64,000 bases of DNA, taken from the NCBI GenBank assembly GCA_000996355.1, contig LCAH01000001.1, forward strand, positions 18,482 to 82,481. The letters are read 5' to 3'. The notes beneath the pieces were generated by a model. The model did not search any database. It was not told where the DNA came from and saw only the letters and a list, made by a program, of their open reading frames with translations. Of the stretch, positions 1 through 9,283 are shown one piece after another. The stretch comes from Candidatus Uhrbacteria bacterium GW2011_GWC2_41_11. GTDB lineage: Bacteria > Patescibacteriota > Patescibacteriia > UBA9934 > GWF2-40-263. A program made the position numbers and the translations under genes. Numbering within the stretch: the stretch's first letter is position 1; each line of letters starts with the position of its first letter.

Positions 1-44
1 GTGATACACTTCTTGTCAGAAAATACTTGTCTTTATTGAATGAT

Positions 45-686
45 ATGCAGATTGTTTGGCACGGACTTTCTTGTTTTGAAATTACGTTTAAGACTCTGGA
101 AGGGGAAGTGATCCTTGTTTCGGATCCGTACCGTTCAGAGACGGGATTGAAACTTCCACGTAACATGACCGCGGATATCATTATTTCAACACATAATGCG
201 GAAGATGCGAATGCGATTGATATAGTACAAGGAAATCCATTTATTATTGCTCTTCCGGGTGAATATGAGGTGCGCAACGTTTTTCTATTTGGTATTCAGG
301 CTCCATTGAAGAGTGGAGATCGATCGCATCGTTTGTTTGTGATGGAACAGGAGGGAATTCGGATAGCTCATCTCGGGGCACTGGATCGTTCTTTGACAGA
401 CAAAGAGTTGGAACAATTGAGTCATATCGATATTTTAATGATTCCTGTTGGAGGAGGGCGTGTTCTTTCTCCAGGAGATGCTTCAGAAGTGATTGGTCAA
501 ATTGAGCCGCGTGTGGTGATTCCGATGACGCATGCGGTTCATGGAATGAAGGAGACGGTTGGAACTGTTGATTCATTCTGTAAGGAATTAAGTATTTGTC
601 GTCGAGAAGAAGCGATAAAATATAAGGTGTCACGTCGAGATCTTCCAGAAGAAGACATGCTCATTATGAATCTTGAACGTGCGTAA
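45..686 (+). CDS. MBL-fold metallo-hydrolase (Lactamase_B_3-like)
   Basis: ORF 27..686, more likely ATG at 45 (MQIVWHGLSCF). Motifs DPY, STHNAEDAN, HLGALD, IPVGG, VIPMTH; several metal ligands look degenerate. Confidence 0.8.
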   Translation: MQIVWHGLSCFEITFKTLEGEVILVSDPYRSETGLKLPRNMTADIIISTHNAEDANAIDIVQGNPFIIALPGEYEVRNVFLFGIQAPLKSGDRSHRLFVMEQEGIRIAHLGALDRSLTDKELEQLSHIDILMIPVGGGRVLSPGDASEVIGQIEPRVVIPMTHAVHGMKETVGTVDSFCKELSICRREEAIKYKVSRRDLPEEDMLIMNLERA

Positions 687-710
687 AAAATTGGTTTCAA
701 CAAAAGATGT

Positions 711-1106
711 ATGGAAAAAAGAAAACCGCGTGATGAGGTTATTCTTGTCTCACCATCATCGCGCCAGCGGGCTCAGTTTATTGTGGGGGTCAGTGTGGCT
801 GTGATTCTTGTTTTTGTCGGATGGATTTTTTCCTTGCGTGATTTTTTTACAGGAGTGAGGTGGTCCATACCCGGAACTGCTTCTTGGCATGAACTATCTC
901 AAGGAATGCGTGGAATTGTTGAAAATGTACAAAATCAAAGCGCTCCTTCTGTTTCTGGATTGCAACAAGCAGTAGCAACGGTAACTCTCCCTCTTGAAGA
1001 GACGGTCCAGAAGCGAGTCTCAGCCATGGAAGTTGTTGCATCTCTTATGAAACAAGAATTAGAACACCCTTCTTCAAATGTAAATTCTGTCCATTCATCC
1101 GATTGA
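711..1106 (+). CDS. hypothetical membrane-anchored protein
   Basis: 131-aa ORF with one N-terminal TM segment, between the MBL gene and gyrA. Confidence 0.6.
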   Translation: MEKRKPRDEVILVSPSSRQRAQFIVGVSVAVILVFVGWIFSLRDFFTGVRWSIPGTASWHELSQGMRGIVENVQNQSAPSVSGLQQAVATVTLPLEETVQKRVSAMEVVASLMKQELEHPSSNVNSVHSSD

Positions 1107-1125
1107 TTTCCTTTGATTGACTGTT

Positions 1126-3627
1126 ATGCCAAAAAATTATTCTTCAAAACAATCAGCCGCTCCAGCAGAACCATTAGAAAATAATGGAGCGGGAAAATTA
1201 GAGCTTCGGGATATTCGTGAAGAAATGTCAGATGCTTATCTTGATTATGCCATGTCTGTCATTGTGGCTCGTGCATTACCAGATGTTCGTGACGGACTGA
1301 AACCTGTTCATCGCCGTATTTTGTATTCGATGTGGCAAACAGGCTTGCGTTCTGGATCTCGTTTTAAAAAATGTGCAACGGTTGTTGGAGATGTTTTGGC
1401 AAAGTATCACCCACATGGAGATATTGCTGTCTATGACTCTCTTGCTCGTTTAGCCCAGGATTTTTCTCTTCGATATCCGTTAGTTCACGGACAAGGAAAC
1501 TTCGGTTCTCTTGATGGCGATCCGCCTGCCGCATATCGTTACACAGAATCAAAACTTCATGCGCTTGCCGAAGAGATGCTTACGGATATCGAACGTGATA
1601 CGGTCGATTTTCGTCCAAACTATGATGGAGCTCATGAGGAGCCAAAAGTTCTTCCAACCAAACTTCCGAATTTGATTGTAAACGGAACCCTTGGCATTGC
1701 CGTTGGAATGGCGACAAATATTCCTCCGCATAATTTGACGGAAGTCTGTGATGCATTGACGTTTTTGTTGGATCAACCAGAAGCGACCATTGATGATTTG
1801 ATGCAATTTGTACAAGGACCGGATTTTCCAACTGGAGGAATTATTTACAATATCAATGACATTCGACAGGTATATGCAACGGGAAGGGGAGGAATTTTAA
1901 CGCGTGCAAAAACCGAGATTGTCGAAGATGCAAAAGGAAACTTTCGTATTTTGGTTCACGAAATTCCCTACCAAGTGAACAAAGCAACTCTTTTGGAAAA
2001 AATTGCTCTATTGGTACGCGAAAAAAAGATTGAAGGTATCAAGGATTTGTGGGATGAATCAACAAGTGCTGGCGTGCGCATTGTGGTTGAATTAAAACGT
2101 GATGCTTTCCCGAAAAAAGTTTTGAATCGATTGTTTCAAGCTACACAACTTCAAGAAACATTTCACGTAAACATGCTGGCACTCATTGATGGAATTCAGC
2201 CCAGAATTTTGAACTTGAAAATGATTTTGGAAGAGTACTTGAAGCATCGAAAAGTGGTGGTTCGCCGTCGTACCCAATTTGATTTGAATCGCGCACGTGA
2301 ACGATCTCATATTTTGGAAGGATTGCGCATTGCGCTTCTTCACATCGATAAAATCATTGCCACGATTAAAAAATCCAAAGATCGTGACGAGGCTCGTACC
2401 GCTCTTATGAAAGGGTTCTCTCTTTCTGAACTTCAAGCGGTTGCCATTCTTGAAATACGCCTCCAACAGCTTGCGAATCTTGAACGGTTGAAGATTGAGC
2501 AGGAATATGAAGAAAAACAAGCTTTGATCAAAGAATTAGAATCTATTCTCAAATCTGAAACAAAGTTAAAAAGTCTTGTAAAGGATGAAATTCAGGATCT
2601 GAAGAAATCGTACGGAGATGAACGTCGGACAAAAGTTGTAAAACAGGGTGTCAAGGAATTTTCTATGGAAGATGTGATTCCAGATCTTCCAGCTATTGTA
2701 ATGATCACGCAGGGTGGATATATCAAACGTCTTTCACCAGACACATTTCGTCAGCAGGAACGTGGAGGAAAAGGAGTTCTTGGTCTTACCACAAAAGAAG
2801 AAGATGAAGTGGAACAACTTTTTTCAACCACAACACATCGTGATCTTTTGTTTTTTACTAGCCGCGGTCGTGTATTCCAGATGAAAGCATATGATATTCC
2901 GGAAACAAGCCGAACAGCAAAGGGAACAGCCCTGGTGAATTTTTTGAATTTGGCTCCGGGAGAATCTGTATCCGCAACCCTTTCTATGGCAGATGTCGAA
3001 GGATTCAAACATCTTCTTATGGTAACAAATAAAGGAACGATTAAGAAAACACCATTTACCGATTTTGAGAATATTCGTCAGAGTGGATTGATTGCGATCA
3101 AATTGAAAGAGGGAGATAATCTTGAATGGGTTCGTCCGACCACAGGAAATGATGATGTGATGTTGGTGACATCCGATGGTCAATCCATCCGTTTCCATGA
3201 AAAAGATGTTCGTCCGATGGGTCGGGTAGCATCAGGTGTGCGTGGAATCCGTTTAAAGGGAAATGATGCGGTTGTTGGTATGGATATTATTTCGCTGGAA
3301 ATGCAAAAGCGAAAAGACCCGCCACAACTCCTCGTTGTTACAGAACACGGATTTGGAAAACGCACCCCCGTTGATGAATACAAAGTTCAGGCTCGTGGAG
3401 GTTCTGGAATTAAAACCGCGAATACTCAAGGAAAAATTGGTAAAATTGTGGCTGGAAGAATGGTAAATGCAGATGACACACGTGATCTTATGGTTATTTC
3501 CATGGCCGGACAGGTTATTCGTACAGCATTATCATCCATTTCTGTTCTTGGACGTGCCACCCAAGGAGTTCGAATCATGCGATTCAAGGAATCAAACGAC
3601 AAAGTTACAAGTGTGGCGATTGTCTAG
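1126..3627 (+). CDS. gyrA: DNA gyrase subunit A
   Basis: [29 protein letters not shown] (catalytic Tyr), GyrA-box-like QERGGKG, C-terminal pinwheel repeats; ATG at 1126. Confidence 0.97.
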   Translation: MPKNYSSKQSAAPAEPLENNGAGKLELRDIREEMSDAYLDYAMSVIVARALPDVRDGLKPVHRRILYSMWQTGLRSGSRFKKCATVVGDVLAKYHPHGDIAVYDSLARLAQDFSLRYPLVHGQGNFGSLDGDPPAAYRYTESKLHALAEEMLTDIERDTVDFRPNYDGAHEEPKVLPTKLPNLIVNGTLGIAVGMATNIPPHNLTEVCDALTFLLDQPEATIDDLMQFVQGPDFPTGGIIYNINDIRQVYATGRGGILTRAKTEIVEDAKGNFRILVHEIPYQVNKATLLEKIALLVREKKIEGIKDLWDESTSAGVRIVVELKRDAFPKKVLNRLFQATQLQETFHVNMLALIDGIQPRILNLKMILEEYLKHRKVVVRRRTQFDLNRARERSHILEGLRIALLHIDKIIATIKKSKDRDEARTALMKGFSLSELQAVAILEIRLQQLANLERLKIEQEYEEKQALIKELESILKSETKLKSLVKDEIQDLKKSYGDERRTKVVKQGVKEFSMEDVIPDLPAIVMITQGGYIKRLSPDTFRQQERGGKGVLGLTTKEEDEVEQLFSTTTHRDLLFFTSRGRVFQMKAYDIPETSRTAKGTALVNFLNLAPGESVSATLSMADVEGFKHLLMVTNKGTIKKTPFTDFENIRQSGLIAIKLKEGDNLEWVRPTTGNDDVMLVTSDGQSIRFHEKDVRPMGRVASGVRGIRLKGNDAVVGMDIISLEMQKRKDPPQLLVVTEHGFGKRTPVDEYKVQARGGSGIKTANTQGKIGKIVAGRMVNADDTRDLMVISMAGQVIRTALSSISVLGRATQGVRIMRFKESNDKVTSVAIV

Positions 3628-3715
3628 ACAAATTTTTTCCTCTGTCCTAGGATGCCTCCGCTTCGTGGTGAATTTGGTTTTCATCGCGATGTGGTTTCCA
3701 ACAAGGAGAGAAAAA

Positions 3716-4162
3716 TTGAAGACAATCAGGATGTGGAGTTTTTTGATGATGGTTTTCTCCGGTCTGGTCATGGTGTTTACCATCGGATACGCCCAAGCAG
3801 GTTACTGGACTGGACATTCCGGAATCCGTACGGTGGTTCAGGATTCGGATGTTCTACCTGTCTTGCCCGATCCGGTTCAGGAAGCAGCCATCAATTGTGT
3901 CCAGAGATGGACCGAGAAAGTTGGCGATGAGAGTGATATCCTCAATGAATGGGTCTATCAAGATGAGACCTATAGGATCACCATTGAGGAGGTTGGTAAA
4001 AACGCTGCCTTCTGTTTTCTCGAAACCCTCGATGAGGGTGATGTGATTTTTCATGCCATGATTATCCTGAATCAGACAACAAACAAGGCCGGCTGTTATA
4101 CGGCCTACGGATGCGATCTCCAGACCCATTATTGTGGAATATTTATCATCTGTCATCCGTGA
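3716..4162 (+). CDS. hypothetical exported/membrane protein, Cys-containing
   Basis: 3' part of ORF 3467..4162. AAGGAG precedes an in-frame TTG at 3716 (alternative ATGs at 3689 and 3731); hydrophobic N-terminus; followed by a terminator. Confidence 0.55.
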   Translation: MKTIRMWSFLMMVFSGLVMVFTIGYAQAGYWTGHSGIRTVVQDSDVLPVLPDPVQEAAINCVQRWTEKVGDESDILNEWVYQDETYRITIEEVGKNAAFCFLETLDEGDVIFHAMIILNQTTNKAGCYTAYGCDLQTHYCGIFIICHP

Positions 4163-4186
4163 CAAATTTTCCACATTCAAACGTTT

Positions 4187-4221
4187 AAACCTGCCAAAAG
4201 GTACTTGCCTGGCAGGTTTTT
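4187..4221 (+). terminator. intrinsic terminator
   Basis: AAACCTGCCA...TGGCAGGTTT inverted repeat followed by a T-tract. Confidence 0.7.
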
Positions 4222-4246
4222 GTTTTGTACATGAAAAAACGAATAG

Positions 4247-4275
4247 TTGACGTTTTTGGGCTTTTTTGATATGAT
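4247..4275 (+). promoter_or_regulatory. sigma70 promoter of rpmF-nusB-rnc
   Basis: TTGACG-17 bp-TATGAT with extended -10 TG. Confidence 0.6.
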
Positions 4276-4307
4276 TTGTTTGTTGAATTTCGTATAGTTA
4301 TTTTTTT

Positions 4308-4613
4308 ATGGGTCTTCCTGGACATCGAAGAACAAGTTCTGATAAACGACGTCGTTCCGCACACTTTGCCTTGAAAAAGAGTTCGGTTACTTCTTGCCAA
4401 CAGTGCGGAGAACCCGTACTTGCTCATCGAGCATGTCGAAGTTGTGGTTTTTATAAGGGTAGAACAGTGCTAAAAATAGCATCAAAAACGACTCCTGTTT
4501 CCAAACCAGTGGTAAAAAAGGCGACAACAGTCAAAAAATCAGAAGCAAAGACAACTCCTGCAAAAAAAATTCAGAAACCAGAAAGTGCAGAATCTCCTTC
4601 CTCTGTTTCCTAA
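4308..4613 (+). CDS. rpmF: 50S ribosomal protein L32 with Lys-rich C-terminal extension
   Basis: [36 protein letters not shown]. Confidence 0.93.
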   Translation: MGLPGHRRTSSDKRRRSAHFALKKSSVTSCQQCGEPVLAHRACRSCGFYKGRTVLKIASKTTPVSKPVVKKATTVKKSEAKTTPAKKIQKPESAESPSSVS

Positions 4614-4644
4614 AATATATTCGATCTCATCCATTTTGTTCTTT

Positions 4645-5151
4645 ATGTCAAATCGGCACCTTGCCCGCACGATTGCTATGCAATCGCTTTATCAATGGGA
4701 TTTTAACGGTCAGACAGCTGGCGCGTTGAATTCGTATATTGAATTTAACCGTCGAGAATTCGCACCGAATTTTGATGATGGTGGGTATGTGAAAACAACA
4801 TTGGATGGAGTTTTTGCTCATTTTGATGAAATCAATGATTTGATTTGTCGTTTCGCTCCGAATTGGCCGCTCGAGAATATGATGGTCATTGATCGATCGA
4901 TTCTCCGTATTGGGGCGTATGAATTGAAATATGTTCCACTCATTCCTTCGAAAGTCGCTATTAACGAAGCGATTGAACTTGCTAAAAGTTTTGGTGGAGA
5001 AGCATCTGGTCGATTTGTGAATGGGGTACTTGGAGCTATTTATAAAGACATGCTTGTTCGTGAGGAAATTAAAGACATCGATAAGCTTCCTTTGAAGCAA
5101 AAAGAAAAAGAAGAAGATTCTTCAACTAAATCTGTGGAAACTCCTTCGTGA
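4645..5151 (+). CDS. nusB: transcription antitermination factor NusB
   Basis: [48 protein letters not shown]. Confidence 0.95.
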   Translation: MSNRHLARTIAMQSLYQWDFNGQTAGALNSYIEFNRREFAPNFDDGGYVKTTLDGVFAHFDEINDLICRFAPNWPLENMMVIDRSILRIGAYELKYVPLIPSKVAINEAIELAKSFGGEASGRFVNGVLGAIYKDMLVREEIKDIDKLPLKQKEKEEDSSTKSVETPS

Positions 5152-5155
5152 ATTT

Positions 5156-5845
5156 ATGGCTGATTTACAACCGTTAGAACAGATTCTTGGCGTGACGTTT
5201 CAAAATACCGATACGCTACGCCAAGCACTTGTTCATCGATCCTATTTGAACGAACATCCTGATTTCATGCTCGGGCATAACGAACGCCTTGAATTTTTAG
5301 GTGATGCTGTCCTCGAACTTGTCGTGACCGAATATTTGTATCTCCACTATGAAAATCCGGAAGGTGAACTCACAAATTGGCGAGCGGCCCTTGTGAATGC
5401 GGACACTCTTGCAGATATTTGTGAAAGTCTTGGGGTTGAAGCCTATTTGTATCTTTCCAAAGGCGAGGCAAAAGATAAAAATTCTAAAGCACGTCATTAT
5501 ATTTTGGCAAATGCTTTTGAAGCGGTTATTGGAGCTATTTATCTTGATCAAGGTTGGGAATCTTCGAAAAAGTTTATTACAGACACTGTTTTAATTGAGC
5601 TTCCAAAAATTTTACAGCACCAGCTTTATCTTGATCCAAAAAGTCGTTTTCAGGAGTCTGCACAAGAAAAACATGGAGTCACTCCGATTTATAAAGTGCT
5701 CTCTGAAGAAGGACCTGACCATGCAAAGGTCTTTCAAGTTGGAGTATATTTAGGAAAGGATCTTGTGACCGTTGGTATAGGAACATCAAAACACGAAGCG
5801 CAGGTGGCTGCAGCAGCAACTGCAATCACCAAAATGGGATGGTAA
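5156..5845 (+). CDS. rnc: ribonuclease III
   Basis: HNERLEFLGDAVL signature; C-terminal dsRBD (DPKSRFQE, GPDH). Confidence 0.97.
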   Translation: MADLQPLEQILGVTFQNTDTLRQALVHRSYLNEHPDFMLGHNERLEFLGDAVLELVVTEYLYLHYENPEGELTNWRAALVNADTLADICESLGVEAYLYLSKGEAKDKNSKARHYILANAFEAVIGAIYLDQGWESSKKFITDTVLIELPKILQHQLYLDPKSRFQESAQEKHGVTPIYKVLSEEGPDHAKVFQVGVYLGKDLVTVGIGTSKHEAQVAAAATAITKMGW

Positions 5846-5846
5846 G

Positions 5847-5877
5847 AAAAAAACAGGCATATAATGCCTGTTTTTTT
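5847..5877. terminator. bidirectional terminator between rnc and tRNA-Lys
   Basis: A7-CAGGCAT-ATA-ATGCCTG-T7. Confidence 0.8.
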
Positions 5878-5951
5878 GGTGCGCGCAGAGGGATTTGAAC
5901 CCCCGACCAAGTGGTTAAGAGCCACCTGCTCTACCGCTGAGCTATGCGCGC
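5877..5951 (-). tRNA. tRNA-Lys(CTT)
   Basis: Reverse complement folds as a cloverleaf GCGCGCA...TGCGCGC-A-CCA; anticodon loop CT-CTT-AA; T-loop TTCAAAT. Confidence 0.95.
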
Positions 5952-5952
5952 A

Positions 5953-6074
5953 AGAACTTTCAGCTTTGGAGCATTTCGTTGTCGCAAGCTTTGGTTCTCG
6001 ACGACGTACTTATTCAGTATATCTTTCTGCGATCCTCGCTTGCTTCTAGAACTGCCCTCAAAGTCGAAAGTTCT
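5953..6074. repeat. 122-bp imperfect palindrome (ERIC/RPE-like element or structured ncRNA) in the tRNA-Lys leader
   Basis: AGAACTTTC/GAAAGTTCT ends, CTTTG/CAAAG, GCAAGC/GCTTGC and apical TACT/AGTA pairings form one long rod. Confidence 0.6.
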
Positions 6075-6097
6075 CCCGTTTCAAGATAACACGAGTG

Positions 6098-6141
6098 AGT
6101 ATGCCAAACCGGTTGACGAACGTCAAGAATTTATGTAAATT
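6098..6141. promoter_or_regulatory. divergent overlapping sigma70 promoters for tRNA-Lys and tRNA-Arg
   Basis: Palindromic TTGACG-AA-CGTCAA gives both -35 boxes; each lies 17 bp from a -10 (TAAATT on +, CATACT on -). Confidence 0.65.
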
Positions 6142-6154
6142 TACTGCATAAAAT

Positions 6155-6229
6155 GCGCCTGTAGCTCAACGGATAGAGTGCTGGTCTTCGGAACCAGTGA
6201 TGGGGGTTCGATTCCCTCCAGGCGCACCA
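6155..6229 (+). tRNA. tRNA-Arg(TCG)
   Basis: GCGCCTG...CAGGCGC-A-CCA; anticodon arm CTGGT-CT-TCG-GA-ACCAG. Confidence 0.95.
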
Positions 6230-6242
6230 GTCAAAATACTAT

Positions 6243-7520
6243 ATGCGATATTCCTGTCTTTTTTCTCAAACAAATAAAACAGCACTTCATGACACAGAAT
6301 CCGTGAATGCCAGACTGCTCACGCAAGCTGGTTTTGTGGATCAGGAAATGGCAGGAGTGTATACATGGCTTCCACTCGGACTTTCCGTCATGAAAAATGT
6401 TGAACAGATTGTTCGTGAAGAGATGAATAAACTTGGAGCATCAGAAATTTTCATGCCCTCACTTCAACCAAAAGAATATTGGGACATCACAAACCGATGG
6501 AATAATGTAGACATTCTTTTTAAGATTCAATCGCAAACAGAAAAACAGTATGCACTCGGGGCAAGTCACGAAGAGGTGGTGACGCCGCTTGTGCAGAAAT
6601 TTGTGCATTCTTATCGCGATCTGCCAGCTGTCGTGTATCAAATCAATACAAAGTTTCGTGATGAACTACGAGCAAAATCTGGTGTGTTACGTGGAAGGGA
6701 GTTTCGCATGAAAGATATGTATAGTTTTCATGCAACCCAGGAGGATTTGACTGTTTTTTACGAGCGCGTCTTGCGTGCATATGTGGACGTTTTTTCTCGT
6801 TGCGGATTAAACGTCAAAGTCGTACAAGCAAGCGGGGGTATTTTCACACAAAATCCATCTCACGAATTTCAAGCGATTACGTCGGCAGGAGAAGATGTGA
6901 TCGTAGCCTGTGAGAAATGTGAATTCGGACAAAACAGTGAGGTGGCAACCGTGCAAGAAAACAATGCGTGTCCGATGTGTGGAGCGAAATTATTTAAAAC
7001 AAAAGGCGTTGAGGTTGGAAATATTTTTGATCTTGGAACGAAATATTCTGACGCGTTTGATTTAAATTTTTCTACAGAAGATGGTCAGCGCAAACGGGTG
7101 CTTATGGGGTGTTATGGGATTGGAACAACTCGTCTGATTGGTGCCATCGTTGAAGCTTCCCATGATGAAAAGGGAATAATTTGGCCTAAATCTGTCGCAC
7201 CTTATCCGATTCATTTGGTCTCATTGAATGCAAAGGATTCTGTTGTAACTGATCAGGTATATGCGACCGCATCTGCTTTGTATGATGAATGTACATCTGC
7301 AGGAATAGAGATTTTTTGGGATGATCGCGCAGATGTTTCTGCTGGGGAAAAATTTGCCGATGCAGATTTGATAGGGATTCCATTGCGCCTTGTCATTTCT
7401 GAACGAACCTTGAGAGAAAATGCTGTTGAATGGAAAGAACGATATCTCTCAGAATCAAAACAAGTTTCACTTGAAAATATTCGAGAGGAGGTTGAACTTT
7501 TTATCCATGAACCTTCTTGA
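6243..7520 (+). CDS. proS: proline--tRNA ligase (short form, no editing domain)
   Basis: HEEVVT, KFRDELRAKSGVLRGREFRMKDMYSF, EVGNIF, MGCYGIGTTR, anticodon-binding domain. Confidence 0.95.
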   Translation: MRYSCLFSQTNKTALHDTESVNARLLTQAGFVDQEMAGVYTWLPLGLSVMKNVEQIVREEMNKLGASEIFMPSLQPKEYWDITNRWNNVDILFKIQSQTEKQYALGASHEEVVTPLVQKFVHSYRDLPAVVYQINTKFRDELRAKSGVLRGREFRMKDMYSFHATQEDLTVFYERVLRAYVDVFSRCGLNVKVVQASGGIFTQNPSHEFQAITSAGEDVIVACEKCEFGQNSEVATVQENNACPMCGAKLFKTKGVEVGNIFDLGTKYSDAFDLNFSTEDGQRKRVLMGCYGIGTTRLIGAIVEASHDEKGIIWPKSVAPYPIHLVSLNAKDSVVTDQVYATASALYDECTSAGIEIFWDDRADVSAGEKFADADLIGIPLRLVISERTLRENAVEWKERYLSESKQVSLENIREEVELFIHEPS

Positions 7521-7524
7521 TTAT

Positions 7525-8058
7525 ATGAAGAGAACTATTCTTCTTGTTGTTTGTTTTGCCTTATTTGGATTCGGATGTATGCGGTCTTCTGTTCCACTGC
7601 AGCCAACATCTGTTCAGACAGGATGGAATACATATGTGAATGTGGATTATCGTTTTTCTTTTGATTATCCATCTGGCATGGAAATGCGTTCTCGTCCGTC
7701 CGAACAGCAGGCAACGGAATATATGGATCTCCCTGGAAAGTTTTTTGCGTCTTTGCGTGATGTAACTCGTGAGGATCAACCAGTGAGTATTGCTTATTTT
7801 TATGCCATGGACGGGAAAACAATTGATCAATTTTTGGAAGCACTCAAAGCATCCGATTCTCAGAATGTTTTAATAAAAGAGACTGTGGACATGGAGAAAG
7901 GAAAAATTCAGATGAAAAAAGTGGTGAGTACGACTGCTCTCGGAGTTGACAAGGTTCATTATTTGTTTGTCGACGGAACAACACTTGTCGTGATTTCTCA
8001 GTTCATGAATGAAAATGTGGCGTTTGAACCAATCATACAAACAGTCAGAGGACAGTAA
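7525..8058 (+). CDS. putative lipoprotein
   Basis: MKRTILLVVCFALFGFGC lipobox-like signal; WNTYVN..YRFSFDYP motif. Confidence 0.65.
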   Translation: MKRTILLVVCFALFGFGCMRSSVPLQPTSVQTGWNTYVNVDYRFSFDYPSGMEMRSRPSEQQATEYMDLPGKFFASLRDVTREDQPVSIAYFYAMDGKTIDQFLEALKASDSQNVLIKETVDMEKGKIQMKKVVSTTALGVDKVHYLFVDGTTLVVISQFMNENVAFEPIIQTVRGQ

Positions 8059-8065
8059 AAATAAT

Positions 8066-8103
8066 CAACAAAAAAATGAGAAAATATTCTCATTTTTTTG
8101 TTG
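8066..8103. terminator. bidirectional terminator
   Basis: CAACAAAAAAATGAGAA-AATA-TTCTCATTTTTTTGTTG between convergent genes. Confidence 0.75.
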
Positions 8104-8121
8104 TCTTTTTTAAATTCTAAA

Positions 8122-8409
8122 TTAGGAGGCTTTTTTCTTGAGGGCATCCTTCAATGCTTTTCCTGCTTTGAATTTAGGAACAGTTACTGGAGGAATCTGC
8201 ATTTTTTGAGATGGATTTTGTGGATTAACACCCATACGGCCAGCTCGAACTTTTGCAGAGAAAGTTCCGAATCCGGCAATAGTAACTTCTCCTCTTTGGG
8301 TCAGAGTTAGTGTGACGACGTTTTCGAATTCCTCAATAAAATTTTCTGCAAGTTTTTTTGAAATATTGAGGCGTTCGGCAAGTTGGATAGCAAGGTCTGC
8401 TTTGTTCAT
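8122..8409 (-). CDS. hup: HU family DNA-binding protein
   Basis: MNKADL, GFGTF, GVNPQ, VPKFKAGKALKD. Confidence 0.95.
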   Translation of the reverse strand: MNKADLAIQLAERLNISKKLAENFIEEFENVVTLTLTQRGEVTIAGFGTFSAKVRAGRMGVNPQNPSQKMQIPPVTVPKFKAGKALKDALKKKAS

Positions 8410-8486
8410 AAAAAAGAATGAAAAGCATTATTCTTCTCCGAGTATAGCTAAATTTTTTAAGACTGTCGATAGAGGATTCAAAAAAT

Positions 8487-9275
8487 TTATTCTATCTCAA
8501 TCATACGACGAATGCGTTCAATGTGTGTTGATTGTCCATCTTCTGCATGAACGAGGATAGCATTAATTTCACACATTCCATGTTCAATCACTTCAAAAGA
8601 AACAGGACGTTGGTTGAGAAAAAGATCTCGAACAGCTTCATATTGGACACCAATGGAGCCGTTCATGCCTCCAGACATTCCGATGTCGGTTATATAGGCT
8701 GTTCCTTTGGGTAAAAGACGTTCATCTGCGGTTGGAACGTGTGTGTGGGTTCCCCAAACAACAGTCGCGCGTCCGTCAAGATAGAGTCCAAATGTACTTT
8801 TTTCTGAGGTAGCTTCCGCATGAAGATCAATAAGAACGAAATCAGCTGGGTGTTCGTCAATAAGTTGATTAGCTATTCGAAACGGATCATCAAAATGTTG
8901 ATTGAAAAAAACGCGTCCCATCAAATTTAAAATAAGGATTGTTTTTTCTTTGTTTTCCACAACTGTCCATCCTTGTCCCATGGTCTTTGGTGGATAATTT
9001 GCAGGACGCAAAACAACTTGGGAAAGAGAAGAATCTTCAAAAATATGAACAGCATCTTTGCGGTCAAAGATGTGATTGCCAGACGTAAAAATATTCACGC
9101 CAGCTGTGCGCATTTCTTCGATTGTTTTTATGGAAGCTCCGGTGCCATGTGCAAGATTTTCTGCATTCGCAATCACAAGATCAGGTTTAAATACGGAACG
9201 CAAATCGGGAAGCATGCGTTTTATAGCTTCCCGACCAATACGTCCTACGATATCTCCGAATATCAAGAAAACCAT
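8487..9275 (-). CDS. ymdB: YmdB-family 2',3'-cyclic-nucleotide phosphodiesterase
   Basis: GDIVGRIGR, NAEN, TSGNH, RPANYP, DLHAEATSEK, GTHTHVPTAD; directly downstream of rny. Confidence 0.92.
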   Translation of the reverse strand: MVFLIFGDIVGRIGREAIKRMLPDLRSVFKPDLVIANAENLAHGTGASIKTIEEMRTAGVNIFTSGNHIFDRKDAVHIFEDSSLSQVVLRPANYPPKTMGQGWTVVENKEKTILILNLMGRVFFNQHFDDPFRIANQLIDEHPADFVLIDLHAEATSEKSTFGLYLDGRATVVWGTHTHVPTADERLLPKGTAYITDIGMSGGMNGSIGVQYEAVRDLFLNQRPVSFEVIEHGMCEINAILVHAEDGQSTHIERIRRMIEIE

Positions 9276-9283
9276 AGGAATTT

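Noticed and set aside
3467-3688. N-terminal extension of ORF 3467..4162
   Set aside because: Overlaps the gyrA 3' end out of frame; an SD-led start exists at 3716.
5953-6074. SRP RNA (ffs)
   Set aside because: Lacks the domain IV CAGG...GRAA...AGCA signature on both strands.
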